Positions 1 through 8,577 of a DNA stretch of 36,135 bases are shown piece after piece. Below the pieces are notes generated by a model, which worked only from the letters and a program-made list of their open reading frames with translations, was not told where the DNA came from and did no database searches. Where the stretch lies: the IMG/VR virus record IMGVR_UViG_3300042347_000649, positions 1 through 36,135 of that record; one strand, given 5' to 3'. How positions within the stretch are numbered: position 1 is the stretch's first letter; each line of letters starts with the position of its first letter. Position numbers and translations under genes: made by a program. This stretch comes from a virus. Taxonomy: Duplodnaviria; Caudoviricetes.

Positions 1-951
1 AACAAGTTCAAACGTGACCAAGTTGTTGACCCAAAAACGGGTAATGTTGATTTACGTATGAACCAAATGGCTGTTGACCAAGATTTCTTTATTCCTGTTC
101 GTGACCCAGCACAAGCAAATCCAATTGAAACCTTAGCAGGCGCTCAGAACCTTTCTGAAATTGCTGATATTGAATATATTCAGAAAAAATTAGTTACGGC
201 ACTTCGTGTACCTAAAGCATTCTTAGGTTTTGAAGAAGTTGTTGGTGATGGTAAAAACTTGGCATTACAAGATATTAGATTTGCTCGTACAATTAACAGA
301 ATTCAAAAATCAATGATTCAAGAATTAAACAAGATTGCAATCATTCACTTATTTGTTTTAGGATTTGAAGATGAATTAACAAACTTTACATTAGGTCTTA
401 CAAATCCTTCTACACAAGCGGATTTATTAAAAATTGATACTTGGAAAGAAAAAATGTTGTTGTATAAAGATGCAGTTACGGGTATTGAGGGTATTTCACC
501 AGTATCTGTTACTTGGGCTAAAAAACATATTCTTGGATTTTCTGATGAAGAAATTAAACTTGATTTACAACAACAGAGAATTGAAAAAGCGGTTGGTGCT
601 GAGCTTACAAAAACCCCTGAAGTTATCATTCACACAGGTATATTTGATAACATTGATAAACTTTATGGTAAAAAACCTGATGAGCCAGCAGGAACCGCAC
701 CTGAAGGTGGAGCGGAAGGTGGCGAACCTCCTATGGGTGGTGATTTAGGTGCTCCTCCTATGGGTGGCGAAGAATTGGGCGGACCACCACCTCCAGGTGG
801 TGAATTGGCTCCCGAATCTATCGTAGATAGAGATATGAATTTAATATTAGAAAACGACATGTTGAGTGGAATTGATGAGATAGATTTGTCGAAAGGAAGA
901 AAATCTTTATTAGAAATAGAAAATAAATTGGACGAACTATTAAATAAATAA
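1..951 (+). CDS. Portal protein (T4 gp20-like), C-terminal part; gene starts upstream of window
   Basis: Frame is open from base 1 (NKFKRDQVVDPKTGNVDLRMNQMAVDQDFFIPVR). Motifs QDFFIPVR, IETLAGAQNL, DIEYIQKKL..ALRVPKAFLG and DIRFARTINRIQ resemble gp20 portals. Lies upstream of protease, scaffold and MCP. Confidence 0.9.
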   Translation, partial: NKFKRDQVVDPKTGNVDLRMNQMAVDQDFFIPVRDPAQANPIETLAGAQNLSEIADIEYIQKKLVTALRVPKAFLGFEEVVGDGKNLALQDIRFARTINRIQKSMIQELNKIAIIHLFVLGFEDELTNFTLGLTNPSTQADLLKIDTWKEKMLLYKDAVTGIEGISPVSVTWAKKHILGFSDEEIKLDLQQQRIEKAVGAELTKTPEVIIHTGIFDNIDKLYGKKPDEPAGTAPEGGAEGGEPPMGGDLGAPPMGGEELGGPPPPGGELAPESIVDRDMNLILENDMLSGIDEIDLSKGRKSLLEIENKLDELLNK

Positions 952-952
952 G

Positions 953-960
953 ATATTTAT
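953..960 (+). promoter_or_regulatory. Putative late promoter element ATATTTAT
   Basis: RTATTTAT 4 nt before ATG 965; one of ten such intergenic copies. Confidence 0.7.
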
Positions 961-964
961 TGAT

Positions 965-1693
965 ATGAGAAATTTTGGAGTATTAAAAAGTATAGTAGAA
1001 AACCACTTTGTTAGTGTATATAAAAAACCTGAATTCAAAAGGGTTTTAAAAGAGTTCAAAGAATTTATGGAAGACAACAAAGAAGTTGGTAAAGTATATC
1101 TGAACTACAGTTCAATTATGAAAATGAACAATTTGAAAGAAGATGTTGCTAAAGAATTCTTATCATTGTCTATTGAAGACATCAAAAACACAATTAAAGA
1201 AAATAAAAAACAATTTGAAGAATTTGAATATTGGGTTGAAACTTTAAATGAAAAAGTTGAAAACAACTACAAACTTTTAGATGATTTAGTTTTTGCTAAA
1301 ACTTCAGAAGATTTTGTTAATCTTGTTGAATCAAAAAAAGAATTACACAAGAAATTAACTGAAACAAAAATTGATAAAAAACCAATAACAGAAACAATTA
1401 ATATTCCTCTTGAAAATATGCTTGGAATCGCTGCTGATACATTCTCAAAAAAATTTTCAACATTATCTGAGTCTGAATTGTTTGAGTTAAGGTCATTATT
1501 AAAAATGAGCACAGAAGAACTTAATGAAGGTATTGAAAGATTAAAGACTGAAGTTATTACAAAATTAGATTCAGTTGAACCTTCAGATGAAGAAACAAAA
1601 ACTAAAATTAAAGAAACGAAAGAAAGAGTAGAAAATACATTTGTAGATACAATTTCTTATTATAAACTTAAAAAACTTTCAGAAGGACTTTAA
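965..1693 (+). CDS. Hypothetical helical head-assembly/prohead core protein
   Basis: 242 aa K/E-rich ORF between portal and protease, with many [ILV]-x-E motifs (IVEN, IKEN, LNEK, LVES, ITET, LSES). Confidence 0.55.
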   Translation: MRNFGVLKSIVENHFVSVYKKPEFKRVLKEFKEFMEDNKEVGKVYLNYSSIMKMNNLKEDVAKEFLSLSIEDIKNTIKENKKQFEEFEYWVETLNEKVENNYKLLDDLVFAKTSEDFVNLVESKKELHKKLTETKIDKKPITETINIPLENMLGIAADTFSKKFSTLSESELFELRSLLKMSTEELNEGIERLKTEVITKLDSVEPSDEETKTKIKETKERVENTFVDTISYYKLKKLSEGL

Positions 1694-1696
1694 AAT

Positions 1697-1724
1697 AAAA
1701 ACCCATCGAAATCGATGGGTTTTT
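1697..1724. terminator. Bidirectional intrinsic terminator
   Basis: aaaaacccatcg-aaat-cgatgggttttt perfect inverted repeat between convergent genes. Confidence 0.9.
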
Positions 1725-1727
1725 CAT

Positions 1728-1976
1728 TTACTCTGATTTTGTTTCAGGATTCTTTTTCTTACCAAAAATAGCCTCAATAGTTGTGAGTCCTAAAAAACCA
1801 CCACACAATAATGAAAGTGTGTCGTACATGTACTCAGGACAAACACCAGTCTTTTGTGTTGCAACATAAGCTAAAACAATTAAGTTTAGTAATGTAACAA
1901 TACCTGAAAATCTTTTAGATGATACATCAGAACCATCACCCAAAAGTGATTTAATAAAATTTTTAATTGATTTCAT
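1728..1976 (-). CDS. Small two-TM membrane protein (holin-like?)
   Basis: 82 aa; SSKRF followed by two hydrophobic segments and a basic C-tail; function inferred from topology only. Confidence 0.5.
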   Translation of the reverse strand: MKSIKNFIKSLLGDGSDVSSKRFSGIVTLLNLIVLAYVATQKTGVCPEYMYDTLSLLCGGFLGLTTIEAIFGKKKNPETKSE

Positions 1977-1997
1977 TTTATTGTTATTTAGTTAACA

Positions 1998-2005
1998 ATA
2001 AATAT
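1998..2005 (-). promoter_or_regulatory. Putative late promoter element ATATTTAT (minus strand)
   Basis: ataaatat on + strand, 21 nt before ATG at 1976. Confidence 0.6.
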
Positions 2006-2006
2006 T

Positions 2007-2201
2007 TCAGTTTTCAAACTTATTCATCAAAGATTGTTTGTACTTGGCTTTTTTCATTTTTTCCCTTTTTATAACCGTATTTTTTACGTACTCTTGTCTT
2101 TTTCTCAACTCTTCAATTTGTTTAGTTGAAATAACTTTATATTTGTACCTTTTTAATGCTCTGTCCAAACTTTCACCTTTTTCTATTTTTATTACAATCA
2201 T
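2007..2201 (-). CDS. rpsU: 30S ribosomal protein bS21 (phage-encoded)
   Basis: 64 aa basic protein MIVIKIEKGESLDRALKRYK...ELRKRQEYVK..KR...KAKY, matching the bS21 signature of Bacteroidota type. Confidence 0.92.
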   Translation of the reverse strand: MIVIKIEKGESLDRALKRYKYKVISTKQIEELRKRQEYVKNTVIKREKMKKAKYKQSLMNKFEN

Positions 2202-2220
2202 ATTTTTTTGTTATATGATA

Positions 2221-2228
2221 ATAAATAT
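2221..2228 (-). promoter_or_regulatory. Putative late promoter element upstream of bS21
   Basis: ataaatat on + strand, 19 nt before the bS21 ATG. Confidence 0.65.
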
Positions 2229-2245
2229 AAAAACTTTTTTCAATT

Positions 2246-2273
2246 TTGTTAATATCTTTTTTTTTCTTATATT
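2246..2273 (+). promoter_or_regulatory. Putative early/middle promoter TTGTTA-N16-TATATT
   Basis: Same spacing as elements at 32771-32798 and 21632-21659; precedes ORF 2312. Confidence 0.35.
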
Positions 2274-2311
2274 TTGTAAAAATAAACTTACTTATATGAA
2301 CTCATTTAAAA

Positions 2312-2758
2312 ATGAAAAAAGGAAAAACATTCAAATTAGAATTGTTTAAAGATGCCAAATGTTATTTTGGTAGTGTCAACACGACAGAATTAAAATCAAT
2401 TTATTTAGTATTACAAACATGGGTGACACCAAAAGTGGAAAAGGAAAATTGGAGTATCACCGTAGGTTCTATAACAAGAACAATAAAACACAAAATATTA
2501 GAAATATCAAATAAAAAATTATTTAAAGACCACTTTATAGTTGACATGGATTTAAGAACAAGTGGTATAAGATTAAAAAAATCATCATTCTTAAATTTAG
2601 AAATAACTTTTTTTACAAAACAAGATGTCGATTTTAAATCAAATGAAATATCTGAAGAACTAATAAAAATAATTAACAAAATATACAACGAGGTTTTATC
2701 TGATTCAAAATATTTTACAATTCAATATGCCAAAACAAAAGAAAAAATGAAAGTTTAA
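2312..2758 (+). CDS. Hypothetical protein
   Basis: 148 aa ORF with A-rich leader filling the gap between bS21 and protease. Confidence 0.75.
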   Translation: MKKGKTFKLELFKDAKCYFGSVNTTELKSIYLVLQTWVTPKVEKENWSITVGSITRTIKHKILEISNKKLFKDHFIVDMDLRTSGIRLKKSSFLNLEITFFTKQDVDFKSNEISEELIKIINKIYNEVLSDSKYFTIQYAKTKEKMKV

Positions 2759-2767
2759 ATAGTCCTT

Positions 2768-2775
2768 ATATTTAT
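2768..2775 (+). promoter_or_regulatory. Putative late promoter element ATATTTAT
   Basis: 14 nt before the protease ATG at 2790. Confidence 0.7.
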
Positions 2776-2789
2776 AATGAAAAAGGATT

Positions 2790-3512
2790 ATGAAAATTTT
2801 AGGACCAAACGAAACTGGTAAAGGTATATTAATTGAATATGATGCGGGTAGTATTTCTTGGAAAGATTCTTTAAACGAGAATTTTGGACAAGCAAATAAA
2901 ACTCAAATTGACCATTCAAAACCTTTTGTGTTTTACGCGACTTTACAAAAGTATGGGGTACCAAATAGAAACGGCAGAGTTTACCCTGAAAAAATATTAA
3001 GAAGAGAAGCGGATAAATATAAATCATTAATTCAAAAAGGTTTATCAACTTCAGAATTAAATCATCCTGAATCTTCCCTAATTGATTTGGACAGAGTGTC
3101 ACACATAATTGATGATGTATGGTGGGATGATAATATTTTAATGGGTAAGTTAAGATTATTAACTTCACCAGGTTTTCATGAAAGAGGTGTTGTATCTACA
3201 AAAGGAGATATCGCGGCCAATCTAATGAGACAAGGTGTTACTATGGGGATATCTTCAAGAGGAGTTGGTTCTTTAGCAAAAAAAGGCGAACACAACGAAG
3301 TTCAAGATGATTTTGAAATTATATGTTTTGATTTGGTTATGAATCCATCTACACCAGGTGCGTATCTTTATTCTAATAAAGATGATAGAAAATTGTATGA
3401 CGAAAATATAGATGTAGACAAAAAAGACAAACAAGAACCAAGAATTGATGGCGGATTAGGAAAATCACTTGACTTAATGACAAAATTGAACGATTATTTG
3501 GGACATAGATAA
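2790..3512 (+). CDS. Prohead core protein protease (T4 gp21-like)
   Basis: NRNGRVYP, ELNHP, VSHII, GISSRGVGSL and FDLVMNPSTPGA are gp21-family motifs. Confidence 0.95.
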   Translation: MKILGPNETGKGILIEYDAGSISWKDSLNENFGQANKTQIDHSKPFVFYATLQKYGVPNRNGRVYPEKILRREADKYKSLIQKGLSTSELNHPESSLIDLDRVSHIIDDVWWDDNILMGKLRLLTSPGFHERGVVSTKGDIAANLMRQGVTMGISSRGVGSLAKKGEHNEVQDDFEIICFDLVMNPSTPGAYLYSNKDDRKLYDENIDVDKKDKQEPRIDGGLGKSLDLMTKLNDYLGHR

Positions 3513-3522
3513 AATTAAAATT

Positions 3523-3732
3523 ATGGACGAAAAATATTTTGTAGCAAAAGTTCAATACGACTTGATTGACGAAAATTCAGGAAAAATTAAAAAAATCAGA
3601 GAAGAAAAACTTGTTAAAGGTTATAACGTTACCGATGTTGAAGCCAAAGTAACAGAAAAATTTAAAGGATTTCAACATGATTGGAGAATAACCGCAGTTG
3701 CCGAAAGCAAAATTGACGAAGTTTTTGAATAA
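3523..3732 (+). CDS. DUF4494-like small protein
   Basis: YFVAKVQY..ENSGKIKKIREEKLVKGYNVTDVEAKV...WRITAVAESKIDEVF resembles one repeat of Bacteroidota DUF4494 proteins (from recall). Confidence 0.6.
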   Translation: MDEKYFVAKVQYDLIDENSGKIKKIREEKLVKGYNVTDVEAKVTEKFKGFQHDWRITAVAESKIDEVFE

Positions 3733-3757
3733 AAAATTTTAAATTTAAAAGTTAATT

Positions 3758-3782
3758 AAAACCCGAGAAATCGGGTTTTTTT
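3758..3782 (+). terminator. Intrinsic terminator
   Basis: aaaacccga-GAAA-tcgggtttt followed by further T residues. Confidence 0.9.
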
Positions 3783-3824
3783 ATTTTAGCACCCGTTCAA
3801 AACTAACTTTTTTGGTAAATGGAT

Positions 3825-3832
3825 ATATTTAT
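3825..3832 (+). promoter_or_regulatory. Putative late promoter element for the scaffold-MCP operon
   Basis: ATATTTAT downstream of the terminator, 32 nt before ATG 3865. Confidence 0.7.
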
Positions 3833-3864
3833 ATGGAAAATAAAACAAATTTTTATTGCAAAAA

Positions 3865-5250
3865 ATGAATTCAGAAAAAAAATCATTAGTTGAAGAAGCT
3901 CTTTTACAAATGAAAAATTTGGAAAATGTGGTTTCTGAAAACGCAAAAGGAATACTTGCTTCTACAATGAAGGAAGAAATCGAAGAATTAGTAAAAGAGT
4001 CTTTATACGATAAGACTGAGGAAGAAATGATGGCAGATGAATCTTACAACACAGAAGGTACTCACATGAGTATGTATGAAGATGAAGACGAAGATTCTAT
4101 GACTATCGACATGACAGCATCTGACGACGCTGGTGATGAAATGTCAATGACAGATGACATCACTATGATGAACGATGATGATGACATGATGGATGATGAA
4201 ATCGAACCTTTAAACATGGTTGGTGCATCAGATGAAGAATTAATGAAGATTGTTATGGGTATGGGTGACAGTGACAGACTTATCGTTCAAAAAATGGGTG
4301 ATGAGTTAGATGTTGATGTTTTATCTCAAACAGACACAATGACATTTCCTATTGGTGGTGGTGAAGATTTATCAGAACCATCAATGGATGATGATGATTC
4401 TAATGATGAACTAGCAGAAGAAGTTGTTTATGAAATTGAAATCTCTGATGATGATGAAGATGGAATAAGTGACTATGATGATGAAAAAGAAGGTATGATG
4501 GAATCTAAAGAAAAAACCTATGTAGGAGTAGGTATGGGTAAAGGACCTGGTAAGGTATCGTTCAAGGGTGAAAACATTCACAAAGGGCCTCATGGTAAAT
4601 CAGCACCTGAAGCTAAAAAATACGTAAAAGGTGAATTTAAAGAAGGTCAAGGTTATGATGACCATGAAGATGAAAAAGAAGGAATGGAACATGGAGCGTT
4701 ATCTAAGAAAGATTTAAAATCAATGAAATCAAGAAGAGATGATGCTGGTTTTGAGACACGTGAAGATGAAATGAAAGAAGCTTCAAGAACCTATGGTAAT
4801 GGTTCAAGAAATTACCCAGGTAGAGGTCTTCCTAAAATGAAAGTTGTTACTAACAAAGCTTTAGAAGAAGAAGTTAGAGTTTTAAGACTTAAAAACGAAG
4901 AATACAGAAAAGCTTTGAATATCTTCAGAGAAAAACTTAATGAGGTTGCAGTCTTTAATTCAAACTTGGCATACGCAACTAGATTGTTTACAGAACATTC
5001 TACAACTAAACAAGAAAAAATAAACATCATGAGACGTTTTGATAACGTCGAAACAATCAAGGAATCAAAAAATCTTTATTCACAAATAAAAAATGAATTA
5101 GGTGTTAAAGAAAATACAGTTGTTAAAGAATCTATCGTAGAATCTATTGATAGAACACCAACTAAAGGTTCAACAAACTTGGTTGAAAACAAGACATATG
5201 AAAATCCACAATTCTTAAGAATGAAAGATTTGATGTCAAAATTAAAATAA
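3865..5250 (+). CDS. Prohead scaffolding/core protein (gp22-like position)
   Basis: Very acidic D/E/M-rich protein with coiled-coil C-terminus directly upstream of MCP. ATG 3865 preferred over TTG 3856. Confidence 0.75.
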   Translation: MNSEKKSLVEEALLQMKNLENVVSENAKGILASTMKEEIEELVKESLYDKTEEEMMADESYNTEGTHMSMYEDEDEDSMTIDMTASDDAGDEMSMTDDITMMNDDDDMMDDEIEPLNMVGASDEELMKIVMGMGDSDRLIVQKMGDELDVDVLSQTDTMTFPIGGGEDLSEPSMDDDDSNDELAEEVVYEIEISDDDEDGISDYDDEKEGMMESKEKTYVGVGMGKGPGKVSFKGENIHKGPHGKSAPEAKKYVKGEFKEGQGYDDHEDEKEGMEHGALSKKDLKSMKSRRDDAGFETREDEMKEASRTYGNGSRNYPGRGLPKMKVVTNKALEEEVRVLRLKNEEYRKALNIFREKLNEVAVFNSNLAYATRLFTEHSTTKQEKINIMRRFDNVETIKESKNLYSQIKNELGVKENTVVKESIVESIDRTPTKGSTNLVENKTYENPQFLRMKDLMSKLK

Positions 5251-5278
5251 ACTAAACAAAACTTAAAAAAATAAAAAA

Positions 5279-7105
5279 ATGGGAGCATTATTAGAATCAG
5301 GTCTTGTTGGTAACATTGGTCTTAAGCACCTTAAAGTTATCAAAGAAGATACAATCAACAAATGGGACAGACTTGGGTTCCTAGAAGGTTTGAGAGGTCA
5401 TGTTAAAGAAAACATCGCTCAACTTTATGAAAACCAAGCATCACACTTAATAAACGAAGCTGCTAGCACATCTTCAGACGGTTCTTTCGAAACGGTTGTA
5501 TTCCCAATCGTAAGAAGAGTTTTCTCTAAGTTGTTAGCTAACGACATCGTTTCTGTACAAGCAATGAACTTACCTATCGGTAAATTGTTCTACTTTGTAC
5601 CTAAAATTCAAGGTTACACAACAGGTCAACAAGACCCAACCACTGGTGGCTACCACTATTCACCTTTTGGAGCACCTAACGGACCTTCTTCACCTGACAC
5701 TGGTTATGGTGCAAATGATAAGAATTTATATGATAGATTCTATGAAGGTACTGAACCAGATTTAGACCCACCTGGATTATTTGATTATTCTAAAGGAGCA
5801 TTCTCAGCTAGAACAGTTACAGGTTGTACACAAGTTTGGAATGGAGGTCAATTAGTTAATTCAGGTTATACTACAACTGGTGGTCCATACAGAAAAGTTT
5901 TAGTAGCTTTCTCAGGATTTAACTACAGTGGTGCTGGTAAATTAATCGGACCAAACGGTAATGAAATGGATACTGAAGAATTCTTGGCTGGTATGACAAT
6001 CGCACCAATCACAGAAGCAGGTGTTAACCACCCATTCTCAGGAATGTCAGCTCCATGTTTGTTCAGAGTTGTTACTCAAAAATATGGTAAAGGTATTGTA
6101 CAATATGGTTCAAGCACAACTACAAACTTCCCTAACACAAGTGGTTCTAACCCTGGTGGTAACGGTGGTACATATGATAATATCTGTGATGCAGACGGTA
6201 TTATTTACTTAGAAGTTGATGCTCAAGTTCCATGTTCAATCGGAGCAGGTTCATTAGACGGATATTCTGGTTTAACTACAACAGTAAGCTCAACTAATGG
6301 TTTAGATTTCTCAATGACTTATAGAATCTATAAAGAATTGGAATTTGAAGACCAAATCGGTGAAGTTTCATTTGACCTTGAATCTGTTACAGTATCAGTT
6401 ACTGAAAGAAAATTAAGAGCTCAGTGGTCACCTGAATTAGCACAAGACGTTGCAGCGTTCCATAATATTGATGCTGAAGCTGAATTAACTGCTTTATTGT
6501 CAGAGCAAGTTGCTGCTGAAATCGACAGAGAAATCTTGAGAGACTTAAGAAAAGGTGCGGCATGGACTTTACGTTGGGATTACAACGGATGGAAGAGAGG
6601 TACAACCGCAAATCCATTAACTCAATATACTCAAAAAGATTGGAACCAAACGTTGATGACAGCAATCAACCAATTGTCGGCTCAAATCCACAAATCTACA
6701 TTAAGAGGTGGAGCTAACTGGATTGTTGTATCTTCTGAAATCAGTGCAATTTTTGATGATTTGGAATACTTCCACGTATCAAACGCAGCACCTGAGCAAG
6801 ACCAATACAACATGGGTATTGAAAGAGTAGGTACATTGGCAGGTAGATACCAAGTCTACAGAGACCCTTATTTCCCACCAAACACATTGTTGTTGGGTCA
6901 CAAAGGTAACTCGTTGTTAGACACTGGTTATGTTTACGCACCATATGTTCCTCTACAATTAACTCCAACAATGTATAACCCATTCAACTTCACACCAATC
7001 AAAGGTATCATGACAAGATACGCTAAGAAGATGGTTAACAACCGTTTCTACGGTAAAGTGACTGTTGATGGTGTTAGAACATTTGATTTGAGAGAATTGA
7101 GATAA
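5279..7105 (+). CDS. Major capsid protein (T4 gp23-like)
   Basis: FPIVRRVF..LLANDIVSVQAMNLPIGKLFY, RKLRAQWSPELAQD, DAEAELTALLSEQVAAEIDREI, GTLAGRYQVYRDPY, YAPYVPL and PIKGIMTRYA. Confidence 0.97.
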   Translation: MGALLESGLVGNIGLKHLKVIKEDTINKWDRLGFLEGLRGHVKENIAQLYENQASHLINEAASTSSDGSFETVVFPIVRRVFSKLLANDIVSVQAMNLPIGKLFYFVPKIQGYTTGQQDPTTGGYHYSPFGAPNGPSSPDTGYGANDKNLYDRFYEGTEPDLDPPGLFDYSKGAFSARTVTGCTQVWNGGQLVNSGYTTTGGPYRKVLVAFSGFNYSGAGKLIGPNGNEMDTEEFLAGMTIAPITEAGVNHPFSGMSAPCLFRVVTQKYGKGIVQYGSSTTTNFPNTSGSNPGGNGGTYDNICDADGIIYLEVDAQVPCSIGAGSLDGYSGLTTTVSSTNGLDFSMTYRIYKELEFEDQIGEVSFDLESVTVSVTERKLRAQWSPELAQDVAAFHNIDAEAELTALLSEQVAAEIDREILRDLRKGAAWTLRWDYNGWKRGTTANPLTQYTQKDWNQTLMTAINQLSAQIHKSTLRGGANWIVVSSEISAIFDDLEYFHVSNAAPEQDQYNMGIERVGTLAGRYQVYRDPYFPPNTLLLGHKGNSLLDTGYVYAPYVPLQLTPTMYNPFNFTPIKGIMTRYAKKMVNNRFYGKVTVDGVRTFDLRELR

Positions 7106-7124
7106 TCTAACATATCTAACTATA

Positions 7125-7154
7125 AAAAAAGGGACGATTATTCGTCCCTTTTTT
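7125..7154. terminator. Intrinsic terminator after MCP (bidirectional-looking)
   Basis: aaaaaagggacga-ttat-tcgtccctttttt; overlaps the last codons of the convergent ORF. Confidence 0.9.
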
Positions 7155-7374
7155 CGTTTACATCCGATTGATTTTCATTCGGTGAATACAGTTTTCTAAT
7201 ACATTTAGAAATTAATTCTGATTCCTCTAATGTATAAACACCTTGTCTATTAGCATGTTTTACAGAATTTATTAAAAAATAGATAGATTGTTCTTTATTT
7301 AAAGAATCTAGTAATGTTTGAAATTCTTCGTCATTTTTAAATTTAAAAATATCAAAAATATTATAATTAACCAT
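7138..7374 (-). CDS. Hypothetical protein
   Basis: 78 aa ORF filling the gap between MCP and the next late gene. Confidence 0.7.
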   Translation of the reverse strand: MVNYNIFDIFKFKNDEEFQTLLDSLNKEQSIYFLINSVKHANRQGVYTLEESELISKCIRKLYSPNENQSDVNEKRDE

Positions 7375-7382
7375 AGTTTGAA

Positions 7383-7390
7383 ATATTTAT
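7383..7390 (+). promoter_or_regulatory. Putative late promoter element ATATTTAT
   Basis: 17 nt before ATG 7408. Confidence 0.65.
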
Positions 7391-7407
7391 ATAATGATAG
7401 AATTAAA

Positions 7408-8577
7408 ATGTCAAAAGATAAAGTAATATACAAGGATATAAAATCAAATGATTTTACTGTTTGGGAAAATATAAATGAAGCTACGGTATCAGGTGGTTCT
7501 GGTAGTTATAAACCGCCAATTAGTCCTGGTCTAATGGATTGGGAAAAAAATGCTTTATCACCTTTTATCGTACCAATCTCAAAATATGAAAGTGCTGAAG
7601 TTAATTACGATAGTTTAGATGGAATAATAGATTCAAAAAACGTAAAAACAAAAGAACATATAGCACATAAAATGGCTAAAAAACTTAAACACAAATTTCA
7701 AGGAGTTGATAGTGATGGATTGGGAGATGGTGATAACGCTGGCGGTGAATCAGGCGGTAGTGTATCTGAACAAATTTTAAATTTAGTTAATTTGCTCACT
7801 GAAGATTTGGCGGTTTGGTTTGGAACTAAGAAAAAACCAAAAGGAAGTAAACAACCAAAAGGTCCTTGGGTTAATATTTGTAGAAAAGTAGATGGTAAAC
7901 ATCCACCATGTGGAAGACCTGATACGTCTAAGGGTGCATATCCAAAATGTAGAGCGGCGGGTGTTGCAGGTAAAATGTCTGACTCACAAAAAAAATCTGC
8001 GTGTTCACAAAAAAGGAAAGCGGAGAAAAAAGACACACAAACAGGTAAAGGTCAAAAACCAATATATACATCTTATAAACCAAAAAAAGAAAGTATATTA
8101 AGTAAAAGCGTGATTTCTGAAAAGTTTAAAGTTGAACCACATGAATATATTAAACTTTTTGAAAATGATGATTTTTTACTAGTAATACCTTTGACGTTTG
8201 ACGCATCATGTAAATATGGTGCGGGAACAAAATGGTGTACAACATCTAAAGATAGTGATGATATGTTTAAGAAACATAATAGAATGGGTTCTTTAGGTTA
8301 TATAATAATAAAAAATAAAGAATTACAAGCCAAATTAGAATCTTCTAAATTTGGTATGTATATAAACAAACCAGGTGAAAATTACTTAGGTGGTAGATAT
8401 CCATCACCACAAGGAATTATTTTTTATAACGATATTAATGACCCAATGGATTCTAACAAAATCATGAACTTATTTGACAAAACAGATAAGTACGGTCAAT
8501 TAATGAATATAATTAGAAAATTTACTGATTATAGTGAAGATAAATTTAAAAAAATTGACGATTTAAAAATCAATTAA
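7408..8577 (+). CDS. Modular putative head-internal protein (basic Cys-containing module plus C-terminal SCKYGAGTKWC module)
   Basis: Start reassigned to ATG 7408 (MSKDK), which avoids overlap and follows the promoter motif. Modules are separated by INE|A, VSE|Q, LTE|D and ISE|K. Confidence 0.65.
   Translation: MSKDKVIYKDIKSNDFTVWENINEATVSGGSGSYKPPISPGLMDWEKNALSPFIVPISKYESAEVNYDSLDGIIDSKNVKTKEHIAHKMAKKLKHKFQGVDSDGLGDGDNAGGESGGSVSEQILNLVNLLTEDLAVWFGTKKKPKGSKQPKGPWVNICRKVDGKHPPCGRPDTSKGAYPKCRAAGVAGKMSDSQKKSACSQKRKAEKKDTQTGKGQKPIYTSYKPKKESILSKSVISEKFKVEPHEYIKLFENDDFLLVIPLTFDASCKYGAGTKWCTTSKDSDDMFKKHNRMGSLGYIIIKNKELQAKLESSKFGMYINKPGENYLGGRYPSPQGIIFYNDINDPMDSNKIMNLFDKTDKYGQLMNIIRKFTDYSEDKFKKIDDLKIN

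Noticed and set aside
58-60. ATG 58 as portal start
   Set aside because: The frame is open to base 1 and only C-terminal portal motifs are present
7384-7391. Reading the motif as canonical T4 TATAAATA on the opposite strand
   Set aside because: It could serve ORF 7374 here, but at most other sites (953, 2768, 10807, 15137) that orientation would fire antisense into the upstream gene
7318-7407. N-terminal extension of ORF 7318-8577
   Set aside because: Overlaps a divergent gene and spans the promoter motif; ATG 7408 is more plausible
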